From Terriglobia bacterium (lineage in GTDB: Bacteria > Acidobacteriota > Terriglobia > Bryobacterales > Bryobacteraceae): 64,000 nucleotides of DNA. This document shows, one piece after another, positions 1 to 8,065 of the stretch (positions are counted from its first letter, which is position 1; every line of letters starts with the position of its first letter). The stretch is taken from assembly GCA_963831795.1 (NCBI GenBank), contig CAWHSB010000004.1, positions 161,022 to 225,021 on the forward strand. The letters are read 5' to 3'. Below the pieces are notes generated by a model. The model was not told the origin of the DNA, did no database searches, and saw only the letters and a program-made list of their open reading frames with translations. A program made the position numbers and the translations under genes.

Positions 1-672
1 CGCAACCGGCAGAATCAGAGGATCGCCGCCTGCGCGCCGCACCTGGGCCGCGACGGAGTATGCATTCGAGTTCCGGATCTGATGCGCGGCAGGAGTTTCG
101 GCGATGCCTACGATCTCATCGCCGGTTGCGATGATGGCAACTTTCGGGCGGTAGTAGACGCTTACACGCATATGGCCGGTCGTCGCAATCCACGCCACAC
201 TTGTGTAGCCGATGCGAGTGCCTTTTTGCAGCACGACAATCCCGTTGCGAGCTTCGCAAGCCGCCGGCACAATGTTCGTTCCGGCGGGCTCGGCGCGATC
301 TGTTTCGACTATTCCGTCGGGATGCCGGACGGCGTATTCGACCATGAGAACCGTGTCCGCACCTTCGGGTACCGGCGCACCGGTCATGATTTCGACCGTT
401 TCGCCGGGTTCGATTGGGCCTGAAAAACGTTCGCCGGCGCGAACCTCACCGATGATGCGGACACGCCCGGGTATGTCTTCGGAGCGGACGGCAAAGCCAT
501 CCCGCGCCGATCGGTTGAAGGCCGGATAGTCGCGGTCGGCAGGGATGTCCTCGGCAAGGACGCGCCCTTCGCAGGCCTCGATATGAACGATCTCGGCGGC
601 GGGCAGAACACGATGCGCGCGCACTTCGCGAAGCACGGTTGAGCGCGCATCGGTGAAACTCAGAGCGGGCAC
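1..672 (-). CDS. moeA: Molybdopterin molybdenumtransferase MoeA, N-terminal part (gene runs off the window start)
   Basis: Absent from the ORF track because it has no stop in the window. My minus-strand translation from GTG at 672 reads VPALSFTDARSTVLREV..AEIVHIEACEGRVLAEDIPADRDYPAFNRSARDGFAVRSEDIPGRVRIIGEVRAGE..GETVEIMTGAPVPEGADTVLMVEY. This is the classical MoeA N-terminal pattern, and the frame stays open to position 1. Confidence 0.85.
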   Translation of the reverse strand, partial: MPALSFTDARSTVLREVRAHRVLPAAEIVHIEACEGRVLAEDIPADRDYPAFNRSARDGFAVRSEDIPGRVRIIGEVRAGERFSGPIEPGETVEIMTGAPVPEGADTVLMVEYAVRHPDGIVETDRAEPAGTNIVPAACEARNGIVVLQKGTRIGYTSVAWIATTGHMRVSVYYRPKVAIIATGDEIVGIAETPAAHQIRNSNAYSVAAQVRRAGGDPLILPVA

Positions 673-699
673 GCATTTAGTTTAGCTTTGACGCGGAGC

Positions 700-1095
700 T
701 TACCCGGCAGCCTTTGCGGCCAGTGCTTCGAGGACCGCGATGTTCGGGAGAAGATCCTGCGGGAAATGATGGCGGGCCTGAAGCCATGCCGGGCTGTTCC
801 AGGAGACCTGGACTTTTCCGTCGGCGTCTTCGGCGACCAGGATTTTCAGCGGAAGGTCGATCGCGATTGAGGGTGAGGCTAGCATAAGCGGGGTACCGGC
901 TTTCGGATTGCCGAATATCAGGAGCTTCGTCGGCCGCATCTGCATTCCGGCTTTTTCCGCTTCACCGCTGTGATCGATTAATGCGAACAACTGGACACCT
1001 TTTTGCCTGAGTATCTCTTTGAGGTTTTCCACCGTTTCATCGACGGAGTGATTGCTTGATATGGTGACGATCCCGGCGTTGTCGGTGGACGGCAT
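700..1095 (-). CDS. DUF302 domain-containing protein
   Basis: ORF 700..1128. VTISSNHSVDETVENLKEILRQKGVQLFALIDHSGEAEKAGMQMRPTKLLIFGNPKAGTPLM..IDLPLKILV fits DUF302 as I recall it. I prefer the ATG at 1095, preceded by GGAGAG, over the TTG at 1128. Confidence 0.7.
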   Translation of the reverse strand: MPSTDNAGIVTISSNHSVDETVENLKEILRQKGVQLFALIDHSGEAEKAGMQMRPTKLLIFGNPKAGTPLMLASPSIAIDLPLKILVAEDADGKVQVSWNSPAWLQARHHFPQDLLPNIAVLEALAAKAAG

Positions 1096-1140
1096 GGGGG
1101 CGCGCTCTCCGTATTCTAAACTGAACAAGCAGGGAAGCCG

Positions 1141-1713
1141 ATGTCGAGTAATGCAATTTCCTTACTGACCGCCGCGCAGTATCTGGAGATGGAACGAAGG
1201 TCGGAGTTCCGCAGCGAATATCTGAACGGACAGGTCTTCGCCATGTCCGGCGGGACGATGAATCACGCGCGCATTGTTCGAAACGTCCTTTCCAGGCTCT
1301 CAGAGCAGTTAAGAGGGCAGCCCTGCGAAGCGTTTGCGAGTGATCTGAGGCTCTTTTGCGCTCGTTACAACATTTTCACTTATCCCGACATTGTGGTCGG
1401 CTGCGGCGCAAGTAAGTTTCTGGACGACCGTCGCGACACAATCACCGATGCCACAGCCGTTGTGGAGGTACTTTCTCCAGGCACTATGAATTACGACCGA
1501 GGTGAGAAGTTTCGCTACTATCGCTCGCTCGAATCATTCTCCGAATATCTCCTGTTGGCCCAGGATACGCCCCGCGCTGAATATCACGTGCGTCAGGCGG
1601 ATGGTTCCTGGATTTTTCGTGAATTCACATCGCCCGCGAGTGTCGTCGAGTTGAATTCTGTCGGCTGCCGGGTGGACCTCAAGTCAGTGTACGAGACAGT
1701 CGAATTCGATTAA
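1141..1713 (+). CDS. Uma2-family (DUF820) putative PD-(D/E)xK endonuclease
   Basis: 190-aa ORF. LLTAAQYLEMERRSEFRSEYLNGQVFAMSGGTMNHARIV... is typical of the Uma2 family. It is a clear paralogue of 56678..57256. Confidence 0.75.
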   Translation: MSSNAISLLTAAQYLEMERRSEFRSEYLNGQVFAMSGGTMNHARIVRNVLSRLSEQLRGQPCEAFASDLRLFCARYNIFTYPDIVVGCGASKFLDDRRDTITDATAVVEVLSPGTMNYDRGEKFRYYRSLESFSEYLLLAQDTPRAEYHVRQADGSWIFREFTSPASVVELNSVGCRVDLKSVYETVEFD

Positions 1714-1767
1714 GCCCCGTGAGGGCGGCAAGGCGCTAAAAGTCCAGCGGCGACAAGATCGCCGGGG

Positions 1768-4700
1768 TTACCAGAGGATCTTGAGCGCGAGCTGCGTGTT
1801 GCGAGGCTCGCCGAAACCGAGGCCGGGCGCGGATCCGCCGTTCAGAGTCTGGGTAAGCTGGCCGAAACTTGAGCTCGTGAACGTCACGCTCGGGTTGGCC
1901 CAGTTGGTCCGGTTTAAGAGATTGAAGATCTCGGCGCGGAATTCCATCGAGACTCGCTCGGTGATCGGGATCTTCTTGAACACCGAGAAATCGACCGATC
2001 CGAAGCCTGGCCCGTAATAAAGGTCTCTTCCAATGTTTCCGAACGTTCCGGGAGCCGGCTTTGCGAACGCCGTAGGATTGAAGTACTGCACGGCTGTAGT
2101 GTTTGTCAGGACAGGCACGTTGGCGAAGGGATCTCCGACGACGTTAACGCGATCCTGGTTCTCACCCGTTCCGCTGACATTGGTTCCGGCCAGGATATTG
2201 ATCGGCTGCCCGGTGGAGAACGTGAGTAGCGCATTGAGCTGCCATCCCGCCGTGAGACGCGGGAATCGGGGAGCCCACTGCGGGACGTCGTAACTGACAA
2301 AACCCGTGAAGAAATGGCGGATGTCGAACGTGCTGGAGCCGCGCTGGTCGCCGAGGTTATAACTGTCCGTCGGCACGGTATTTCGCACGGAGGATGTATC
2401 GTCGATCGAGTGCGCGTAAGTGTAATTCGCGGTTGCCGATAACCCTTTCCAGAGCCGCTGTCTCAGCGATGTCTGCAGCGAGTTGTAACTGGAAGTCCCG
2501 ATTGACTCCGCCGTATCGATTGTTCCGAGTTGAGGGTTCTGCAAGGCATAAGGGCGCACAGCAACGCCGCCGATCAGCACGGGCTGGTTGACATCGAGAA
2601 GCACCGGGAGCTTGCGCCCGACATTCCCCACATAACCGACCTGCAGGATGGTGGATTTTGAAATCTGGCGCTGGATATTGAGGTTGAAATTCTGCACATA
2701 GGGCGTGCGGAAGTTCTGGTTGACGGAGAACACACCGAAAGGCGGAGTGGGATTAGCGGCTCCGAAGATCGGCACGCCGCTCTGGAAGACTACGTTCTTG
2801 ACTGACAGGTTGTAGACGGGAGTCGACCCACCGGGGTTCGCGTTGACTCCGGCGGCGCCGCCGTTGGACAGTGACGTATTCGCCGTGAAAAAGTTCAGCG
2901 CCGGCACATCGTAATAGATCCCATATCCGCCGCGGATGACGGTCTTGCCATCGGATTGAGGTGTGTACGCGAAACCGAAACGCGGAGCGATGTTGTTCCA
3001 GTCCTTCGGGTACAGCGGGCCGGCGCCGTTCATGTTCGGTGTCACAAAACCCTCTCCAGGTACGAAGTTGGTGATTGAATTCCGCGAATCGTGGAGCACG
3101 CCCTGATAAGTAAATCGGGCCCCATAGTTCACCGTAAGCCGGGAATTGACGCGCCAGGTGTCACCGGCCCAGAGATCGAAGGAGTTCTGATAATAGAGAC
3201 GCTGCAAGGGCCCCTGGGCAATGGTGGCTCCGTTCGAATTACTGGGATAGCCCGCGAGGAAGTCCGATAACGACCTCAGATTGCCCGAGAGCGTGGTGTC
3301 GCTGGACCACGGTCCGCGAGAGCCGTCGAAGTTGAACGTTCCCCGCTCGTTAATGTCGTAGCCGACGTCGAGAACGGCGCGGCGAAACTCTCCACCGAAG
3401 ATCAGGGAGTGCTTGCCGAGGTTCCATGAGAGCGCATCCGTGAGGTGACCGGTAGTGTCGGTCCGCGCCTCGGGACTGGTGGCGCCCACATAATCGAATC
3501 CTGTGATCGAGAGCTTGGGCGATCCCTGCAGCACGGCCTCGGTTGCTCCGGTGTTCAGGCCAAGGGCAATCGGATCGATGCCGGTATTGGCATCGTTGAA
3601 CGACTGATAGAAGTAATTCACGCCGAGCGTGAGCACATTGACGATCTGTGGCGAGAAAATCGCCGTATCGGCTACGGCGACGTTATGCATATGACTGGGC
3701 GCGATCTGGAAGAAATCGGGAATGTGCGATCCAATATCGGCAGTCTGTGTGCCGGTGCCTACGAAGTAGCGCACGAACATCGAATTTTTGTCGTTGAACC
3801 GATGGTCGATCTTCATCACGCCGTTATAGCTGTTGTAGTTGTTTTGGCCATTGCTCAGGTAGTTGGTCGGCGACGCAGCGCCATTGCGTACCGTGCTGGG
3901 CCAGATGGTAAGAAGGTTCAGCGAGACCTGATTCACCGGGACGCCGTACTTCGCGAGCACGCCTTCCGCCGCCGTGACGTAGGCGTTTGAAGGCTCCGTG
4001 GTCAGGATGGAATTGTCCGATATGGCGGTCTGACCTTCGCCCGCAAGGAAAAAGAATGTCTTGTTTTTGATGATCGGACCTCCGGCCGAAAAGCCGAACT
4101 GGTTGTTGCGAATCACCTGCTTCGGAGCGGTCGGCGAAAGAAGAGGCGAACGGGACGCAAGGGCCTCATTTCGATTGAAGTAAAACAGGCTGCCGTGGAA
4201 GCCGTTAGTGCCCGATTTGAGAACCACGTTAACCTGGGCACCGGAGTTGCGGCCCTGCTCGGGTCCGCCGTCCGCCTGGACCGCGAACTGGTCGATCGCT
4301 TCGATCGGCAGCAGGGTTCCGGCGATGCCTGCGACTCCTCCCTGGTTGACCGCCGATACGTTCTGGAAGGCATCGTTGTTATCCGCGCCGTCGATCTGAT
4401 AGTTGCTTCCGGTGGTTCGGCTGCCGTTGATCGAACTCGAAAGCGGCGATGCGCCGGGCACCAGCTTGATCATCTGCCGGAAGTCACGGCCGTTCAGCGG
4501 CAGATCCTGAACGGTGGCGGTATTGACGACAGCCGTCAGCGCGCTTGAAGTGGTATCGACCGAGACAGAGGATGCGTTCACTTCGACGGTCGACTGCTGG
4601 CGAGCCACCCCAAGGGTTACCGTAATGTCGGTGATCTTTGAGACTGCAATTTCGACCGCGTCGACCTTTTTCGTCTCGAAGCCCGCGCTGGAGACGGTCA

Positions 4701-4965
4701 GCGAATAGACGCCTACGGGCAGATCCGCAAAGAGAAAGCCGCCATTCGCGGCCGATACCGCGGAACGGGTCAGGCCGGTGGAAGGGCTATCCAGTTTGAC
4801 AATTGCGCCGGGGACGGCGGCGCCGCTGGCGTCGGCCGCGGTGCCCGACAGGCTGCCGAGAAAGGTCTGAGCAAAAGCCGCGGTTGTTAATACCGTAAAG
4901 AGTAGTAATCGGGAAAAAAGCACGCTCGTGTCTCCTTGAGTTCGAGTTGAATAACAACCCGTCAA
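1768..4965 (-). CDS. TonB-dependent outer-membrane receptor with N-terminal carboxypeptidase-regulatory-like domain (Oar-like)
   Basis: 1065-aa ORF with a hydrophobic signal-like N-terminus. It has a CarboxypepD_reg-like beta-sandwich (GAIVKLDSPSTGLTRSAVSAANGGFLFADLPVGVYSLTVSSAGFETKK) and a plug-like LPLNGRDFRQMIKLVPGA. A long barrel ends in the aromatic ..LALKILW. The exact start is uncertain. Confidence 0.85.
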   Translation of the reverse strand: MTGCYSTRTQGDTSVLFSRLLLFTVLTTAAFAQTFLGSLSGTAADASGAAVPGAIVKLDSPSTGLTRSAVSAANGGFLFADLPVGVYSLTVSSAGFETKKVDAVEIAVSKITDITVTLGVARQQSTVEVNASSVSVDTTSSALTAVVNTATVQDLPLNGRDFRQMIKLVPGASPLSSSINGSRTTGSNYQIDGADNNDAFQNVSAVNQGGVAGIAGTLLPIEAIDQFAVQADGGPEQGRNSGAQVNVVLKSGTNGFHGSLFYFNRNEALASRSPLLSPTAPKQVIRNNQFGFSAGGPIIKNKTFFFLAGEGQTAISDNSILTTEPSNAYVTAAEGVLAKYGVPVNQVSLNLLTIWPSTVRNGAASPTNYLSNGQNNYNSYNGVMKIDHRFNDKNSMFVRYFVGTGTQTADIGSHIPDFFQIAPSHMHNVAVADTAIFSPQIVNVLTLGVNYFYQSFNDANTGIDPIALGLNTGATEAVLQGSPKLSITGFDYVGATSPEARTDTTGHLTDALSWNLGKHSLIFGGEFRRAVLDVGYDINERGTFNFDGSRGPWSSDTTLSGNLRSLSDFLAGYPSNSNGATIAQGPLQRLYYQNSFDLWAGDTWRVNSRLTVNYGARFTYQGVLHDSRNSITNFVPGEGFVTPNMNGAGPLYPKDWNNIAPRFGFAYTPQSDGKTVIRGGYGIYYDVPALNFFTANTSLSNGGAAGVNANPGGSTPVYNLSVKNVVFQSGVPIFGAANPTPPFGVFSVNQNFRTPYVQNFNLNIQRQISKSTILQVGYVGNVGRKLPVLLDVNQPVLIGGVAVRPYALQNPQLGTIDTAESIGTSSYNSLQTSLRQRLWKGLSATANYTYAHSIDDTSSVRNTVPTDSYNLGDQRGSSTFDIRHFFTGFVSYDVPQWAPRFPRLTAGWQLNALLTFSTGQPINILAGTNVSGTGENQDRVNVVGDPFANVPVLTNTTAVQYFNPTAFAKPAPGTFGNIGRDLYYGPGFGSVDFSVFKKIPITERVSMEFRAEIFNLLNRTNWANPSVTFTSSSFGQLTQTLNGGSAPGLGFGEPRNTQLALKILW

Positions 4966-5117
4966 ACGGAGACGGCGGCTAACTGTAGAGCCCTCGTTCG
5001 GTACGTGGAAGGCGAGTATAGCGATCAGGAAATCATTAATATTGCGAGTTTCGTTGATCTTAGCGTGTCGGGGATCGTCGAGTCAATGCCGAGAAAGCGA
5101 AGACGCCGGCGCTACGG

Positions 5118-7088
5118 CTAGTCGGGTAAGGCGAAGGCCAGGATATTCGAACCGGCCGCTATCGCTATGTACTGTTTGTGGTCGAACATGTATGTCATAG
5201 GCGAGGCCTTCCAGGTCTGGTTGGTGGAAAATTGCCACAGGGCTTTGCCTGTTGCAGCGTCCGCAGCCATAAACGCTCCGCTATTCTCGCCGAAGAACAC
5301 CAGGCCCGATGCTGTCGAGAGCAAGCCGCCAGAAGCCGTCAGAGTCCCGCTCATCTGCGGCAACTCCCAGCGGATTTCACCGGTTTTCAGGTCGATCGCG
5401 CACAGCACCTTTTCGAACGTTTCGCCAGGCGCGGGCCGCGCCGCTCCGCCCATGTAGCTCTTTCCGGCTTGCCACTCCATGGTTCTCTTCGAGAACAGAT
5501 TGCACCTTTCGAGCGCCTGGATGTAATAGAGACCCGTGCCGGGGTTGAAAGAAGTTGAGAACCAGTTGGTCCCGCCCTGGAAGCCGGGACAAACGTAGGT
5601 TTCACCGTCCGCTGTCTCCGGCAGCTTGTTGAGAATCGGGCGTCCGTCTTTGCCGATTGCCTCCGCCCAGTTCAGCTTTTTCAGGAACGGCTTTGCGAGA
5701 AGCACCTTGCCGTTTGTCCGGTCGAGGACGTAGAAAAAGCCATTGCGGTTGGCTTGCAAGAGCAGTTTGCGCGGCTGGCCCTGCCAGTTCGCATCCACGA
5801 GCACGGGCGGTTCCTGCGCATCCCAATCGTGAACGTCGTGAGGCGTGAACTGGAAATACCATTTGAGCTTGCCGGTTTTGGGCTCGAGCGCGAGGATCGA
5901 ATCGGTGTAGAGATTGTCTCCCTGGCGGTCGTCGCCGTTGAAATCTGCGCCGGGGTTTCCTACCGGCCAATAGAGCGTGTCGAGTTGCGGGTCGTATGTC
6001 CCGGTCATCCAGGTCGCACCCGAAGCGTGCTCGAGCGAATTTCCTTTCCACGTTTCGGAATTGGGCTCGCCGGGTTTCGGCACCGTCCAGAATCGCCAGA
6101 CTTCCTTGCCGGACGCCCCATCGTATGCGGCCACGAAACCGCGCACGCCCTCATCGCCTCCCGCGGTTCCTGTAATTACCAGATTGCCGACTACGAGCGG
6201 CGCGGCGGTCCCGTTGTAGTTCTGATGCCAGTCGGCCATCTCGGTCTCCCAGACGAGCGCGCCGGTGAAGCGGTTCAGGGCGATGACGTGAGCGTTATCG
6301 GTGAGCATGAAGATGTTGTTGCCGGACCATGCGACTCCGCGATTGAAGCCGATGGCCGCGTTGCCCGCAAGTCCCTTTGTGCGGGGACGCTGGAAATGCC
6401 AGATCATGCGTCCGCTGCCCGCGTCAAGCGCATAGCATTCATTCGCGTTGGAGACATACATGACGCCTTCGATCACGAGCGGCGTGTTCTCGACCTGGGG
6501 CACGTTCGCCATGGGAAAGATCCAACGGGGGGAGAGACGGCTGACGTTGCTGCGATCGATCTGCGCGAGAGTTGTGTAGCGGTTTCCGCTTGCACTGCCG
6601 TTGTAGGAAGTCCAGTCGGCTTGCGAAGTCACGACGCGGTAGCGGGCGCCGTCCTTGCGCAGAAGGCGCAGTTCGTTGTCGCCCGTTCTGAGTTGCAGAT
6701 CGGTCATACCTTCGCTCAAGACCTGCCCTTCCAGCGTATGACCGTCTGTGGTTTGGACCTTTCGTCGCACCATTGCAGCCGGCGCGTTGCGCGACATCGG
6801 CGCCAGGGATCGGACGTAGCTGACGAGCGCCGTCATCTCGTCGTTTGCCAGAGGAAAGGCCGGCATCCCTTTTGCGGGCCGGCCTTCGCGCAGGAACACC
6901 GCGAGTTCGGTGTCGCTGCGCGAGGCGATCTGGGTGACGATTCCGGGACCGGATTCTCCGCCGGTGGCGTCGGCGCCGTGGCAGCGGGCGCAACGGTTTT
7001 CGAAGTCTCGACGGCCGGGATCGCCGGGCTGTGCCCCAGCAGGCGTCAGGATGACCATGCATGAAAACGTTATGAACAGGGTTCGCAT
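5118..7088 (-). CDS. PQQ-dependent dehydrogenase (methanol/ethanol family beta-propeller) with N-terminal cytochrome c domain
   Basis: ORF 5118..7109. A heme c motif CARCHGADATGGESGPG plus ..RPAKGMPAF lies in the first ~110 aa. Repeated propeller W-motifs follow (YALDAGSGRMIWHF, ALNRFTGALVWE, AYDGASGKEVWRF, ALEPKTGKLKWYF, AIDLKTGEIRWE, ADAATGKALWQF). The start is set at MRTLFITF (signal peptide); the GTG at 7109 is also possible. Confidence 0.8.
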   Translation of the reverse strand: MRTLFITFSCMVILTPAGAQPGDPGRRDFENRCARCHGADATGGESGPGIVTQIASRSDTELAVFLREGRPAKGMPAFPLANDEMTALVSYVRSLAPMSRNAPAAMVRRKVQTTDGHTLEGQVLSEGMTDLQLRTGDNELRLLRKDGARYRVVTSQADWTSYNGSASGNRYTTLAQIDRSNVSRLSPRWIFPMANVPQVENTPLVIEGVMYVSNANECYALDAGSGRMIWHFQRPRTKGLAGNAAIGFNRGVAWSGNNIFMLTDNAHVIALNRFTGALVWETEMADWHQNYNGTAAPLVVGNLVITGTAGGDEGVRGFVAAYDGASGKEVWRFWTVPKPGEPNSETWKGNSLEHASGATWMTGTYDPQLDTLYWPVGNPGADFNGDDRQGDNLYTDSILALEPKTGKLKWYFQFTPHDVHDWDAQEPPVLVDANWQGQPRKLLLQANRNGFFYVLDRTNGKVLLAKPFLKKLNWAEAIGKDGRPILNKLPETADGETYVCPGFQGGTNWFSTSFNPGTGLYYIQALERCNLFSKRTMEWQAGKSYMGGAARPAPGETFEKVLCAIDLKTGEIRWELPQMSGTLTASGGLLSTASGLVFFGENSGAFMAADAATGKALWQFSTNQTWKASPMTYMFDHKQYIAIAAGSNILAFALPD

Positions 7089-7145
7089 CGGAAGGCCGAC
7101 TCTCGTCACACAAGATATCAGGATTTAGCGGAGGTTATAGTAAGC

Positions 7146-7991
7146 TTGACGGCGAGCGCGATGCGTATTCAGAGTTGGGTCTGGCCGGCCGGCATGTTCA
7201 TGATTGTCGGTGCGGCCCTCGCGTTCCAGTTGCCCTTCCGCGAATATCCCGGTCAGGAATACAACGACTTTCCCGTTCCGCCGGACGCCAGCGAGAAGAC
7301 GGAGTTTGTCATGGGACGGCTGATGTATCCGGGCTCTCCGTATGGCATGTTCGGCGGACTTGAGCGTTATCGGGACTGGCGCCAGGGCGGCACCAGCTGG
7401 ACCAACGATTATCCGCGCGCGGACCGTCACTTCGTTCAGGCGGTGCGCCGCCTGACGCGCATTCAGGTGAGATCTGTGGAGCAACCGATCAACTTGGAGG
7501 ACGGCGACGACGTTTACAACTGGCCGTGGATATATGCCGTTCAGGCGTCACCCATGGACCTTACGGCGCCTCAGGCGAAGAAGCTTCGGGAGTATCTTTT
7601 GCGCGGCGGATTCTTGATGTGCGCCGATACGTGGGGCGAGAACCAGTGGGAGATTTTCGCCGAAACCATGAAGCGCGTCTTTCCGGATCGCCCGCTGGTT
7701 GAGATTCCCAATCAGGATTCGGTCTTCCATGTACTTTATGACCTCAGCGACCGGTATGGAATTCCGGGCGAATGGTCTCTGCATTCGGGCGTTCCCTATC
7801 TGAACGGCGGCCGGGTGGGCCACTGGCGTGGAATTTACGATGACAGGAATCGGCTGATGGTGGTGATTGACTTCAATTCAGATACGAGCGATTCGTGGGA
7901 GTGGGCTGATGAACCACGCTACCCGGAGAAGTATTCGGCGCAGGGGATTCGTATCGGAGTTAATTACATTGTCTATTCGATGACCCACTAA
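7146..7991 (+). CDS. DUF4159 domain-containing protein
   Basis: 281-aa ORF with a TTG start; an ATG alternative lies at 7161. It has an N-terminal TM segment. WTNDYPRADRHFVQAVRRLTRIQV..NWPWIYAVQ..LREYLLRGGFLMCADTWG recalls DUF4159. Confidence 0.6.
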   Translation: MTASAMRIQSWVWPAGMFMIVGAALAFQLPFREYPGQEYNDFPVPPDASEKTEFVMGRLMYPGSPYGMFGGLERYRDWRQGGTSWTNDYPRADRHFVQAVRRLTRIQVRSVEQPINLEDGDDVYNWPWIYAVQASPMDLTAPQAKKLREYLLRGGFLMCADTWGENQWEIFAETMKRVFPDRPLVEIPNQDSVFHVLYDLSDRYGIPGEWSLHSGVPYLNGGRVGHWRGIYDDRNRLMVVIDFNSDTSDSWEWADEPRYPEKYSAQGIRIGVNYIVYSMTH

Positions 7992-7999
7992 GCGGGGAA

Positions 8000-8037
8000 G
8001 CCGGACCCGGGGGTCCGGCGCGCACGAGGGCGTGCGC
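8000..8037. terminator. Two adjacent GC-rich hairpins between convergent genes (candidate bidirectional terminator)
   Basis: GCCGGACC-cggg-GGTCCGGC (8000..8019, perfect 8-bp stem) is followed by GCGCAC-gagggc-GTGCGC (8020..8037). The pair lies between the stops of 7146..7991(+) and 8066..10291(-). There is no clear U-tract. Confidence 0.45.
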
Positions 8038-8065
8038 CCCACTTTGCGGGTTTATCTGGAGTGGA

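Noticed and set aside
5754-7064. 436-aa ORF on the plus strand inside the PQQ dehydrogenase gene. Similar long antisense ORFs occur at 14276..15028, 16159..16839, 17482..18177, 19717..20421, 23532..24302, 51449..53194, 54280..55260 and 59199..59849.
   Set aside because: They lie antisense to genes with strong family signatures. Their products are Arg/Ala/Gly/Pro-rich and low in complexity, with no recognisable motifs. This is the typical stop-codon-poor antisense frame of high-GC DNA.
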